Shown here in pieces: positions 29,887 through 38,650 of a DNA stretch of 64,000 nt. This stretch comes from a virus (taxonomy: Duplodnaviria; Caudoviricetes): the IMG/VR virus record IMGVR_UViG_642918906_000001, positions 224,001-288,000 of that record, one strand, 5' to 3'. The position numbers were made by a program, and so were the translations under genes. Below the pieces are notes generated by a model. That model saw only the letters and a program-made list of their open reading frames with translations, ran no database searches and had not been told where the DNA came from. How positions within the stretch are numbered: position 1 is the stretch's first letter; each line of letters starts with the position of its first letter.

Positions 29887-30277
29887 TATCGGTCGTAACA
29901 TCGAGGTTCGTGCAATTATCGAGAAAGCTTTTGAAGTATTACAGATGATAAAAGATCCATTGGAACTTTGGTGCATCGTAGACCTTGCTCCTGAAGTACG
30001 CGGTGCCATTCCACCGACAACAGAGAAGCTGGTGTCTATTGAACTGGGTCCGTTAACCCGTAATACCCGGACGACACTACATCCAGATCACTTGATGGTT
30101 TCACTTAGTGCAGACACACCTAAGGTTAAATTGCCCTACAGTGCTATCTACTGTATGGCAACCTCAAGTGATCTAGCCCAGGATCTCAACTGGATGCAGG
30201 GTACATCCGAAGGTCGCGACCTAGCCTATGTCGACTTGGTACAACCTTATCACGGGATTCCTAAGTACCAGCAATAA
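29879..30277 (+). CDS. Second, divergent SspB-like protein
   Basis: VRAIIEKAFE...LVSIELGP...DHLMVSLS...VKLPYSAIYCM resembles the SspB fold pattern. Confidence 0.6.
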   Translation: MDNIGRNIEVRAIIEKAFEVLQMIKDPLELWCIVDLAPEVRGAIPPTTEKLVSIELGPLTRNTRTTLHPDHLMVSLSADTPKVKLPYSAIYCMATSSDLAQDLNWMQGTSEGRDLAYVDLVQPYHGIPKYQQ

Positions 30278-30286
30278 AACACTCTC

Positions 30287-30308
30287 GGGGATTACATATG
30301 TAATCCCC
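30287..30308. repeat. Perfect 22-bp palindrome upstream of thyA
   Basis: GGGGATTACATATGTAATCCCC. Confidence 0.9.
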
Positions 30309-30333
30309 TTCCTATTTCGCCTAGAGGTATAAA

Positions 30334-31707
30334 ATGCAACAGTATCTAGATTCCATCATTGACATTAAAGAGAACGGCGTTTTTAAAGGTGACCGCACTG
30401 GCACTGGTACTCAGAGCAAGCTGGGTCAACAAGAACGTTATTCGCTGCGTGACAACACCCTCCCAGTAATTACCACCAAGAAGATCCATCTACCGTCTAT
30501 CATCCATGAACTGATCTGGATGCTATCGGGTGATACACGTGTAGACTACCTGATCGAAAACGGGGTTCGAATCTGGAACGAGTGGGTAAAACCGCACACC
30601 GCTGAATACCGTGCTTTGATGCCAGGTGAATTGCGTAAAGCACTTCAACCAAAAATCGGTGATCGTCATCTATTGGTCTTTGTATATGGTGAACAGCGTC
30701 CAATCAAAGTGATCGATTACAACTCTTATCTGGATTCTCTGAAAGACGAAGCCGCGCGCGATTTCAAACAACAGTTCAATGAAGAGCAACTAACCACAGC
30801 TGAATACGTGATCGAAGTGACACCAGAAGACTGGCGTCGTGTTAGTACACCAGACTTCAAAGAGCACCTTACTCCAAACCTTATTCCGTACGAATACGAC
30901 CAGCGTATTTATCGACTACTGTTTGATAAAGAGCCGATGAAGTTGATCGGCGGTGATCTCGGTGCAGTGTATGGTAAGACTTGGCGTGATATCGAAGACA
31001 CCCGTGTGATTCCAAAGTATGACTGGGTTGATTATGAAGCTCGTGGTTTTGACTTCGTAGTGGATGTTCCCGGTACCAGCATTGAGAATGATCGTTGTGT
31101 TGTAACCCGTCGTATCGATCAGATCCAAGACATCATCGATCAACTCCGTACCAACCCTGATTCTCGTCGGATCATCGTTTGTGCATGGGCACCTCAACTG
31201 GTAGATGAGCAAGCACTTCCACCATGCCATAGCTTCTTCCAGTTCTGGACTCGTGAATTGACAGTGGAAGAAAGGATCAAGTTACTCCGTACGACTAAAC
31301 CTGAGATCTATAACGTGATTGATGGGACCACAGGGTATTTCGAACATATCGCTGATATCAATGATATCCCTAAGCGTGCAATTAGCTGTCACCTCTATCA
31401 GCGTTCGGTTGACGCCTTCCTTGGAAAGCCGTTTAACATCACGTTCTATAGTCTGCTGACTCACTGGCTGGCTAACCAACTGAACATGGTTGCGGATGAG
31501 TTCGTTTGGACTGGTGGGGATTGTCACATCTATTCCAACCACCAAGAACAAACTGATCTTCAGTTGACTCGTGAACCGAAAGCTCTGCCAACTATTCGCT
31601 TTACTCCTGAAGCTAAGGGTAAAGACATTCGGGAGATCCGTCCAGAAGACTTCGAGATCCTGAACTACGAGTTCCATCCACACATTGCAGGTAAGGTAGC
31701 TGTCTAA
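30334..31707 (+). CDS. thyA: Thymidylate synthase with large insertions
   Basis: DRTGTGT, TTKK, IWNEW, GDLGAVYG, PDSRR, ALPPCH, LYQRSVD.FLG.PFN, GDCHIYSNH. Confidence 0.96.
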   Translation: MQQYLDSIIDIKENGVFKGDRTGTGTQSKLGQQERYSLRDNTLPVITTKKIHLPSIIHELIWMLSGDTRVDYLIENGVRIWNEWVKPHTAEYRALMPGELRKALQPKIGDRHLLVFVYGEQRPIKVIDYNSYLDSLKDEAARDFKQQFNEEQLTTAEYVIEVTPEDWRRVSTPDFKEHLTPNLIPYEYDQRIYRLLFDKEPMKLIGGDLGAVYGKTWRDIEDTRVIPKYDWVDYEARGFDFVVDVPGTSIENDRCVVTRRIDQIQDIIDQLRTNPDSRRIIVCAWAPQLVDEQALPPCHSFFQFWTRELTVEERIKLLRTTKPEIYNVIDGTTGYFEHIADINDIPKRAISCHLYQRSVDAFLGKPFNITFYSLLTHWLANQLNMVADEFVWTGGDCHIYSNHQEQTDLQLTREPKALPTIRFTPEAKGKDIREIRPEDFEILNYEFHPHIAGKVAV

Positions 31708-31940
31708 TGGGTCCTACAGCACTTGAGCTGATTGAAACGAATATCGGTAAAGGTATTCCACTCACGCTTGATGATCGCGTGTATTACCATGAAGCTAAGC
31801 AGATGGGCGCTGACTACCATAAGGTGGAACCAGCGATTACGAATGCTAAAGACATTCTGTCTTTACTGAGTCGACATGGCCTGAATCGCACTGAAGCTGA
31901 ACTATCCGAGTGGCTGGATAAACAAGGCGTACCTAAGTAA
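31707..31940 (+). CDS. Hypothetical protein
   Basis: TAATG coupling. Confidence 0.75.
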   Translation: MGPTALELIETNIGKGIPLTLDDRVYYHEAKQMGADYHKVEPAITNAKDILSLLSRHGLNRTEAELSEWLDKQGVPK

Positions 31941-31950
31941 CTGACATAAT

Positions 31951-31974
31951 GGGTCCCTCCGGGGACCCTTTTAT
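31951..31974 (+). terminator. Rho-independent terminator
   Basis: GGGTCCC-TCCG-GGGACCC-TTTT. Confidence 0.88.
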
Positions 31975-31987
31975 AATGTGGACTACC

Positions 31988-32542
31988 ATGAACCCTAAAT
32001 CTGGATTAAGGCCGTATCTGGAAAGAGATGTAGAAGATATCGTTGAGGCTATTATTGACGATGAAGGCAATGTGGCTTCTCAGATTAAGATCGTGGTCAA
32101 TGGTCAAACGAGGTTGGTTAACTTAGGTTTGATTAAGAACACGATGAAGTTCATCTGGGAACGACCTGAACCATTACCATGGGAGGATACGCTAAAAGAG
32201 ATACTACTTACAGCATTCCCTGATTACCTTTGGCCGGCAGATACCATAAGCGGTATTAAACTCGAAACCCCACGTAAGTTGATTCGAACTGCAATAACCA
32301 AACGAGACGGCATACTGGTTGCATCTAATGTATTCAGATGTCAATTTGGTGGAAAGGTATTTGGTCCAGAGATATCCGCACACTGGATATCAGAACCACT
32401 TACTAAATTCCAGCAGATTTACATCATGCATTTACTACTGGCACACGGTGAAGATGGACATGTAGGACATGGGATGGTTGACTGGGAACTATTCGTAGAT
32501 CTAACCACTAATGAAGCTCGATTCGACTTGAGGAATCAATGA
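31988..32542 (+). CDS. Hypothetical protein
   Basis: Start placed after terminator at ATG 31988. Confidence 0.78.
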   Translation: MNPKSGLRPYLERDVEDIVEAIIDDEGNVASQIKIVVNGQTRLVNLGLIKNTMKFIWERPEPLPWEDTLKEILLTAFPDYLWPADTISGIKLETPRKLIRTAITKRDGILVASNVFRCQFGGKVFGPEISAHWISEPLTKFQQIYIMHLLLAHGEDGHVGHGMVDWELFVDLTTNEARFDLRNQ

Positions 32543-32862
32543 TGGAACAAGGTATCATAAACCGCATTCGCCAATTGGCAGAAGATCTGGATATCGCTGA
32601 AACGTATCCAAAGCACATCAACATCACCTTTGATGAAGCTAACGATTACGCAGTCAAGGTACTCAATGCTAAATTGAATGGGGTCCCAATGGCAGTGGTC
32701 TTGGTCAGTGTTGAATACGACCAAGGGTTGTTGAATTGCCTACGTGGGATTATGGAACAGCGCTTTGGGATGGGTGAACACATCCTCGACATCAAGGTTC
32801 CTAAAACACTCGATCGGATTATCATCAAGTTCGATCAACCTTATTCGTTACTGGAGGCTTAA
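32539..32862 (+). CDS. Hypothetical protein
   Basis: GAGG RBS, ATGA coupling. Confidence 0.78.
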   Translation: MMEQGIINRIRQLAEDLDIAETYPKHINITFDEANDYAVKVLNAKLNGVPMAVVLVSVEYDQGLLNCLRGIMEQRFGMGEHILDIKVPKTLDRIIIKFDQPYSLLEA

Positions 32863-33081
32863 ATGGATAGTCGTGCACAGATCATCGGCGCTCGGTATTC
32901 GCCATCAGTGAGAGGTTACATACTGGAAGCTATGGAATTAGAAAGGATCGTCAGTGACTTACATTGGTCGCAGATGGGCGCTAATGATTGTAAGAATGAT
33001 CATGGTGAACGAACCAACCATAAACTGAAAGATCAACCGTTCTATGCACGGGGTCGTAACGGTAAAATGCGCAATTGGTAA
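32863..33081 (+). CDS. Hypothetical protein
   Basis: GGAGG RBS. Confidence 0.72.
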   Translation: MDSRAQIIGARYSPSVRGYILEAMELERIVSDLHWSQMGANDCKNDHGERTNHKLKDQPFYARGRNGKMRNW

Positions 33082-33109
33082 CACTTTAATCTATTAAGAG
33101 GAAACAAAG

Positions 33110-34516
33110 ATGTCGGCAGTTAAATATAGTGCAGTAGTTGAAAACACCCGTAAACTGGTGCGTGTAGTAAAGGTAGATGCAATTACCCCAATCAAGAAAG
33201 CTGACTTTATCGAGCTGGCCAAAATCGATGGTTGGCAATGTGTAGTAAAGAAAGACGAGTTCAAAGCAGGTGATCTGGCAGTGTATGCTGAGATCGATTC
33301 CCTGTTACCACTCGACAATCCACTGTTCGCCTTCCTTGGTGAGCGTTCGGATGGTAAGCGGACATTTGATGGCGTAGCGTACTCTCGTATCCGCACCGCT
33401 AAGATGCGTGGTGAAGTATCACAAGGTTTGTTGCTACCACTACCAGAACAATTCAAGGGTAAGAAGGTCGGTACTAACCTGACCAACGAACTCGGTGTTC
33501 GTAAACTGGAAGCTGAGATCGCTAACGTTGATGGCTTTGATGGTCGTCTTAACAAGGATGGTCCGATTAGTCTGTGGGAACGTCTGGCGCGTTTTGTAGC
33601 AGGTCCACCTGCCGAAGCAATGCATCTTCCTTTCCCTGCTCAGATCTCTAAATCAGATCAAGAGCGTGTTCAGAATATCGGTAACCAATATGCCGAAGCA
33701 GCGGCGTCCGGCGAGACGTTCGAGGAAACGGTTAAGGTCGATGGTCAATCCATGACAGTTTATAGCTTCCGCGATATGGATGAGGCTGGTCCTATTCGCC
33801 GCTACGGCGTTTGTTCGCGTAACTTCGACATGCGTATGACTGATGTTGTATTCACCCCTGTACAGGCTTTCCGTCGCTTTGTAGCACAGAACATGCTTGC
33901 CTTAAGTGGTGGGTTCAGTGGTTTGTTCCGTACGGCTCAATTCCTGACTAAACAGGTTATGGATAAAAAGCTGGATGCCGACTACGCCATTAAAGAGTAC
34001 TTCACTAAGCGGTACTTCTGGTTCTCTCCATTTAAAATGTGCATCGCCGCAATGGATGATAACTGCGTCAATTATGTTATCACCAACAAAGTACTGGATA
34101 AACTGGCAGCTTACAACGTACTGCACGATGACTGCATTACTGTACAGGGTGAGTTGTTCGGTCCAGGTATCCAGAAGAACTATGAACGTCCTGCTGAGAA
34201 ACGTTTCGCAGTGTATCAGGTGTATCGTAATGGTAGCGAATGGGTTAAACCGATCGAAGCTCGCGCTATTACCGAAAGCATCGGCTTGGAATACGTTAAA
34301 GTACTGAATGGTTCCACTACGCTACCTAAGTCGGTTAAGGAAGTTCTGACCCGTGCTAAAGGTAAGGGTGCCTATGCAGCTTTTGACCCATCGATCAATG
34401 CCGTACCTGACATCAACCGTGAAGGTATTGTATTTAAATCAAACACTCGTGATTTCAGCTTTAAGGTAATCTCGACTGAATATCTTCTTGAAGCCGAAGC
34501 AGCTATGGAAGAATAA
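33110..34516 (+). CDS. ATP-dependent RNA ligase, DRB0094/Rnl5 family
   Basis: N-terminal PIKKADFIELAKIDGWQCVVKKDEFKAGDLAVYAEIDSLLP, RGEVSQGLLLP; motif I KVDGQS, CSRN, QGELFGPGIQKN, REGIVFK, SFKVIS. Confidence 0.92.
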   Translation: MSAVKYSAVVENTRKLVRVVKVDAITPIKKADFIELAKIDGWQCVVKKDEFKAGDLAVYAEIDSLLPLDNPLFAFLGERSDGKRTFDGVAYSRIRTAKMRGEVSQGLLLPLPEQFKGKKVGTNLTNELGVRKLEAEIANVDGFDGRLNKDGPISLWERLARFVAGPPAEAMHLPFPAQISKSDQERVQNIGNQYAEAAASGETFEETVKVDGQSMTVYSFRDMDEAGPIRRYGVCSRNFDMRMTDVVFTPVQAFRRFVAQNMLALSGGFSGLFRTAQFLTKQVMDKKLDADYAIKEYFTKRYFWFSPFKMCIAAMDDNCVNYVITNKVLDKLAAYNVLHDDCITVQGELFGPGIQKNYERPAEKRFAVYQVYRNGSEWVKPIEARAITESIGLEYVKVLNGSTTLPKSVKEVLTRAKGKGAYAAFDPSINAVPDINREGIVFKSNTRDFSFKVISTEYLLEAEAAMEE

Positions 34517-34552
34517 GTAGTACTTACAAATTAATCTTAAAGTGAGGATACA

Positions 34553-35284
34553 ATGACACTGCGTATGGAATGGCGAGAAACCGTTGAATGGCTCCACATG
34601 GAAGCACGTATGTTCTATTTCCATGAACCACTCAAGTTCCCTGAAGGCGAGTTTGAGGTATTCGTACCAGCATGGTTGTTACGAATGGGTAGTTTGGTCC
34701 GCACTACCACGCATACGCCCATTGCGAACAATCCAAATGCAAAGTTTCTTTGGTGGTGTTGGCTGCGACTTGATCCCGAACAAAAGGAAATTCTTCAAGC
34801 GTCTGATACGATGGGTGTCATCGAACATATGGCTAGAGAGTTCGAGTGTTTCCCGACGCTCTTGGCTGACATGCAGGATCAGCGCAAGATTTATGACTAT
34901 TGGAACTCTAACCAATACGTCACCACTATCTACAAACTTACACCTAAGTGCATTACCCGTCTAGACAAAGAAACATACTTGGAAGTTTTCTTCCAGTATC
35001 AAAGTGATCTAAGGTATCCACGTATCAAGAACTTGGCTATCCAGTATCACGAGAACCTTGAAGACGTACTGGCCTATGTTGGCCCGACTTACACAGTGAT
35101 CTCACATACCGATGCACGACTGGTCCTCAAGACCCCTAATGGTAACGCACAGATCCTCAAAGACCAGTGGCTTTGGTTTAATGGTTTGGAATTCTGTCAC
35201 GGTGACCTCAAACGGTTGAAACAGGTTCAACTGGGATATCTTGATCCACGTGATGCCCCTGGTATCTGGATTAAGCCCACTTGA
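34553..35284 (+). CDS. Hypothetical protein
   Basis: GAGG RBS, 243 aa. Confidence 0.82.
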   Translation: MTLRMEWRETVEWLHMEARMFYFHEPLKFPEGEFEVFVPAWLLRMGSLVRTTTHTPIANNPNAKFLWWCWLRLDPEQKEILQASDTMGVIEHMAREFECFPTLLADMQDQRKIYDYWNSNQYVTTIYKLTPKCITRLDKETYLEVFFQYQSDLRYPRIKNLAIQYHENLEDVLAYVGPTYTVISHTDARLVLKTPNGNAQILKDQWLWFNGLEFCHGDLKRLKQVQLGYLDPRDAPGIWIKPT

Positions 35285-35313
35285 CCTAAACGAGCTATTC
35301 CGCAGAATAATCT

Positions 35314-35613
35314 ATGTCAAGAGGTAGTGTAATGATTAAGGGTCGACACATTTACAGCATCTACGAAAATACGATTGGTATTGTTCCAGGCAATAAGGTT
35401 CAATACCGTATCTACAAAGGTAGTGAGCTTCTGAGTTCAGTTAACCTGATTGCAACCAAGGTTGATATGGTTAATCGGAAACCCGTGGATGATTATCGTC
35501 TGTGGATGACTGGCGACGAACGCCAAGTTACAGTTGATGCAAGGGCAGTGGTGTTAGCTTACCAGAATGCCCCATTATCTGAAGGACTCCATTTTGAACT
35601 AGAGGTAATTTGA
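35314..35613 (+). CDS. Hypothetical protein (start may be 35332)
   Basis: GAGG RBS before ATG 35332. Confidence 0.75.
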   Translation: MSRGSVMIKGRHIYSIYENTIGIVPGNKVQYRIYKGSELLSSVNLIATKVDMVNRKPVDDYRLWMTGDERQVTVDARAVVLAYQNAPLSEGLHFELEVI

Positions 35614-35614
35614 T

Positions 35615-35704
35615 ATGAATGCAATCGGTTGTGAAGAAATTGGTGTAGGTGAAGGTCTCTTTAAAGAAGAATACGAGGGTCTTGATGAATATGAAGGGTA
35701 TTGA
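35615..35704 (+). CDS. Acidic micro-protein (29 aa)
   Basis: GAGG RBS; MNAIGCEEIGVGEGLFKEEYEGLDEYEGY. Confidence 0.55.
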   Translation: MNAIGCEEIGVGEGLFKEEYEGLDEYEGY

Positions 35705-35768
35705 CCAGAGTTATTTAATCATACGCTAGCCCCTCATTCCGAGGGGCGCGTCATGATAGGTAACTGTA

Positions 35769-36029
35769 ATGTCATACGACAAAGTGTCTCGCCGTGTTAA
35801 CCGTGTAGAATCCGCCCGAGTGATCCGTAACCAAACTACGGTCTATCTGCTTTACAACGAGTCGAAGTGGCTCAAGACGCAGAAACCTCATAGCTTCGCC
35901 AAAGGTAAGGCTATGAACTGTAGTTGCGGTACGTGCCGTGGTTGGGGACGAGTAGCACGTCAAGATCGTTTTAACCTCCAGTTGGAGAAATCAGGAATGA
36001 CTAAATATGACGTACGTCCAGACATCTGA
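35769..36029 (+). CDS. Small basic protein with CxCxxC motif
   Basis: NCSCGTCRG. Confidence 0.75.
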   Translation: MSYDKVSRRVNRVESARVIRNQTTVYLLYNESKWLKTQKPHSFAKGKAMNCSCGTCRGWGRVARQDRFNLQLEKSGMTKYDVRPDI

Positions 36030-36041
36030 AGAGGAATGGGT

Positions 36042-36107
36042 ATGAACAAAGAAACGATTATCGATGAGCGTCCAGATATCATCACTCGTGAAGAAGACTG
36101 GATCTAA
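36042..36107 (+). CDS. Micro-protein (21 aa)
   Basis: GAGGA RBS; MNKETIIDERPDIITREEDWI; stops right before terminator. Confidence 0.5.
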   Translation: MNKETIIDERPDIITREEDWI

Positions 36108-36109
36108 CT

Positions 36110-36141
36110 AAAAGAGTCCCTTCGGGGACTCTTTTATTCCC
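36110..36141 (+). terminator. Rho-independent terminator
   Basis: AAAAGAGTCCC-TTCG-GGGACTCTTTT. Confidence 0.9.
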
Positions 36142-36160
36142 TGTTATCAAGAGGTGCGGT

Positions 36161-36478
36161 ATGAGTACACTAAGTGTTTACCGAGTGGGGCTTGAAGGCA
36201 AGCCTGAGTTTAAAGTCGTCGTATCGGGTGGTGGCATTACCCGTGTACGCAATAGCTTCCTAGCGCGGTCTAAGGACCTTGTAAAGGCAAAGTTTAAAGT
36301 AATGGCTGTAAAGCATCGAGACTGGGCTATTGTTAATCGGCATCGCCTAGAAATTAATAATATCACCATCGAGACATTAGCGGAAAACCTACTCCCTGGA
36401 GCAGCTCAACTCTACGCTAATCTTTACATTAATGATTACCCTCAACCTGAACATATCCTCAATCACAAAGGAGCTTGA
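36161..36478 (+). CDS. Hypothetical protein
   Basis: GAGG RBS. Confidence 0.78.
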   Translation: MSTLSVYRVGLEGKPEFKVVVSGGGITRVRNSFLARSKDLVKAKFKVMAVKHRDWAIVNRHRLEINNITIETLAENLLPGAAQLYANLYINDYPQPEHILNHKGA

Positions 36479-36479
36479 T

Positions 36480-36875
36480 ATGGACCCGTATCCACATGGC
36501 ACTGCACACCTCAAAGGTAAAGATCGCTGGATCGCCTACTGGCACATCACTACGTTCCTGGCAATCCTTATGGGTGCATGGTTACTACACGTGTTGTTCT
36601 TTGGTTGGTACTATTGGTTGTTTAAGGGCAAAGGTTATCTCATCCGTGCAAGTGATATCGAGGAAGATTTGGAAGTTAACAATTCCAAATGGTGGAACAA
36701 ATATGATGTTGCAGCGGCTAAGAAAGCGGCGGCCTTAAATGATCCAGATAGTCTAGTGCTCTTTACATGGCGTGTACATCCCCTGTTTATGGCGACTGAT
36801 ATGCTTTATATCCAATCCAAAGGTTATGCTGCGCGGATCTGGGATGAACGCGAAAAGATTTACCACTTTCGCTAA
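36480..36875 (+). CDS. Hypothetical membrane protein
   Basis: AGGAG RBS before ATG 36480; hydrophobic ITTFLAILMGAWLLHVLFFGWYYWLF. Confidence 0.78.
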   Translation: MDPYPHGTAHLKGKDRWIAYWHITTFLAILMGAWLLHVLFFGWYYWLFKGKGYLIRASDIEEDLEVNNSKWWNKYDVAAAKKAAALNDPDSLVLFTWRVHPLFMATDMLYIQSKGYAARIWDEREKIYHFR

Positions 36876-36884
36876 TAGTCTGTA
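36859..36884 (+). promoter_or_regulatory. Putative middle-type promoter
   Basis: TTTAC-N17-TGTA. Confidence 0.4.
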
Positions 36885-36910
36885 ATACGTTCAATTTCTA
36901 AGAGGTGTAT

Positions 36911-37531
36911 ATGGAAGCTAAAGTCGGTACTAAACTGCAACCCCAAGGTGTATTTAGCATTGTGGGTTTGCTACCAAAAGAGCTACAGGAACGGTTCCGC
37001 AAAGAATGCTGGACCGAAGAGAAACAAGAAGAGACCGATTTCGTTCCAGATCCGGTACTCAAGTATGACCATGTATTGGGTCTGAGCTGGCTGACCGCTG
37101 AGGGTATCCCGAATACCCAAGAGGAACTCGATGCACAACGTGAGATGATCTTTAAGACGATGATCTCTGGTCCGACCACTTACAACGTGGGTCAGTTCTT
37201 TGTATTGTTCCCTAACGTGGTTTACACCACTCGGGACATTGAAGACTCTCTGATGATCGTTGAAGTGCTGGATGAACTCGAGTTTCCAGCTACTGACAAT
37301 CTGGTAACCCCTGCACTCCCTGAGTACAACCAATATGGTTACATGAGTCGTGAGGCTCTGGCCATACGTGCGGCACTGCATTCGTACGTTGCATCAGGCC
37401 GTATTAAGATTCACGAAGGTGCGATGCGCATGTACGCCTGTGAAGAACAATACAAATTTGAAGAAAGGTATAAGAAGCCTGACGAGAAGCCTTTGACTTT
37501 CGTCGAAATGGCTCGCCGCCGCCGAGGTTAA
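36911..37531 (+). CDS. Hypothetical protein
   Basis: GAGG RBS. Confidence 0.82.
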   Translation: MEAKVGTKLQPQGVFSIVGLLPKELQERFRKECWTEEKQEETDFVPDPVLKYDHVLGLSWLTAEGIPNTQEELDAQREMIFKTMISGPTTYNVGQFFVLFPNVVYTTRDIEDSLMIVEVLDELEFPATDNLVTPALPEYNQYGYMSREALAIRAALHSYVASGRIKIHEGAMRMYACEEQYKFEERYKKPDEKPLTFVEMARRRRG

Positions 37532-37533
37532 TT

Positions 37534-37644
37534 ATGCGTTACGTGATTGGCGCACTGATTTCAATCGTAATCGTTTTTGGTTTGGGCTACGGCCTGAACC
37601 AAACGGTTATTAAAACTCATCAACTGGAGCAGCAGAATGAGTAA
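37534..37644 (+). CDS. Small single-TM protein (36 aa)
   Basis: GAGG RBS; MRYVIGALISIVIVFGLGYGL... Confidence 0.65.
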   Translation: MRYVIGALISIVIVFGLGYGLNQTVIKTHQLEQQNE

Positions 37645-38059
37645 ACAGCAGTATACTCACGCCATGCTGTTGGCAATGCAGCTGGCCAGCGTGTTTAAAC
37701 ACGTTGACGATTTAGGGATACGTCGAGAAACGTACCAGAACTTCACCCAACTCGAAGGCGAACACGATGACATCATTCGTATTAGCTATGATGAGGGTAC
37801 CCGTAAAGGCCGTAGTTATGTAGAGGCTATTGTTAATAGCGATCGAAATAGCTTTAGGTTCAGACAACGTTTTAATTTCGGTATTCTACTGGAACTTGAA
37901 ATTGATTACTTACACAGTGAAGGTGGTTATCGATCCCTACTCGAAACCATTAAAGACGATACAATCGATGCGGGTTATCGGACCGAACTAATCTTCGACT
38001 TCGAATACTGTATCTCGCTCTTTACTGAGCATGTAGCTTCCAACTTAAATAAAGATTAG
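37637..38059 (+). CDS. Hypothetical protein
   Basis: GGAG RBS. Confidence 0.8.
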   Translation: MSKQQYTHAMLLAMQLASVFKHVDDLGIRRETYQNFTQLEGEHDDIIRISYDEGTRKGRSYVEAIVNSDRNSFRFRQRFNFGILLELEIDYLHSEGGYRSLLETIKDDTIDAGYRTELIFDFEYCISLFTEHVASNLNKD

Positions 38060-38068
38060 GGTACCTGC

Positions 38069-38650
38069 ATGACCGATATAATGGACACTCTGATTCAAGA
38101 AGCTGTAAATGGCGCACGTGATATCACAGTGGCCATTGGCGATCAAGAACTTCAATTTGAGGTTTGGTTTAATTATTTCCTGAGTAAGGTGGGTGAACGT
38201 AACCTCTTTAACAAGGCCGTGATCTACGATGACCTAACCTTTAATATGGATGGGTACAGTCCAACCATGTTCCCTGTGGTCAATCAACTCATCAAAGGAA
38301 TGTCTTATGTAGGGATGGATATCATCAAGCCATCTAAGACTGGACCGGTTCCAGAGGAACTGGCTGAAACATTTGGCTCGATGATTGCTGACGACCTCGA
38401 AGATCTTTACTGGGTATTGTTCACCATCGTTGAACACGGACATCCATTAAAAGGTGTACGGTATGCCACAGCTTATCGTAACGGGGAATTGATTTACCCG
38501 CCAGTTGATCCGACCTTCACTGAATACTACCCTGATGAGCACGTGCATGAACAAGCCCGTGGTATTTTTATCGATATCAAAGAACGGTTTCTCCGCACGA
38601 CTCGTCCTGAACTTTTCAAAACTGACGCTAAAGGTGTATTGTTGCCATGA
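38069..38650 (+). CDS. Hypothetical protein
   Basis: Fits gene chain. Confidence 0.8.
   Translation: MTDIMDTLIQEAVNGARDITVAIGDQELQFEVWFNYFLSKVGERNLFNKAVIYDDLTFNMDGYSPTMFPVVNQLIKGMSYVGMDIIKPSKTGPVPEELAETFGSMIADDLEDLYWVLFTIVEHGHPLKGVRYATAYRNGELIYPPVDPTFTEYYPDEHVHEQARGIFIDIKERFLRTTRPELFKTDAKGVLLP

Noticed and set aside
30334-31707. Intron/intein in thyA, or a dCMP hydroxymethylase for base modification
   Set aside because: Single continuous ORF, no intein C...HN ends, and the dUMP-specifying Asn is retained
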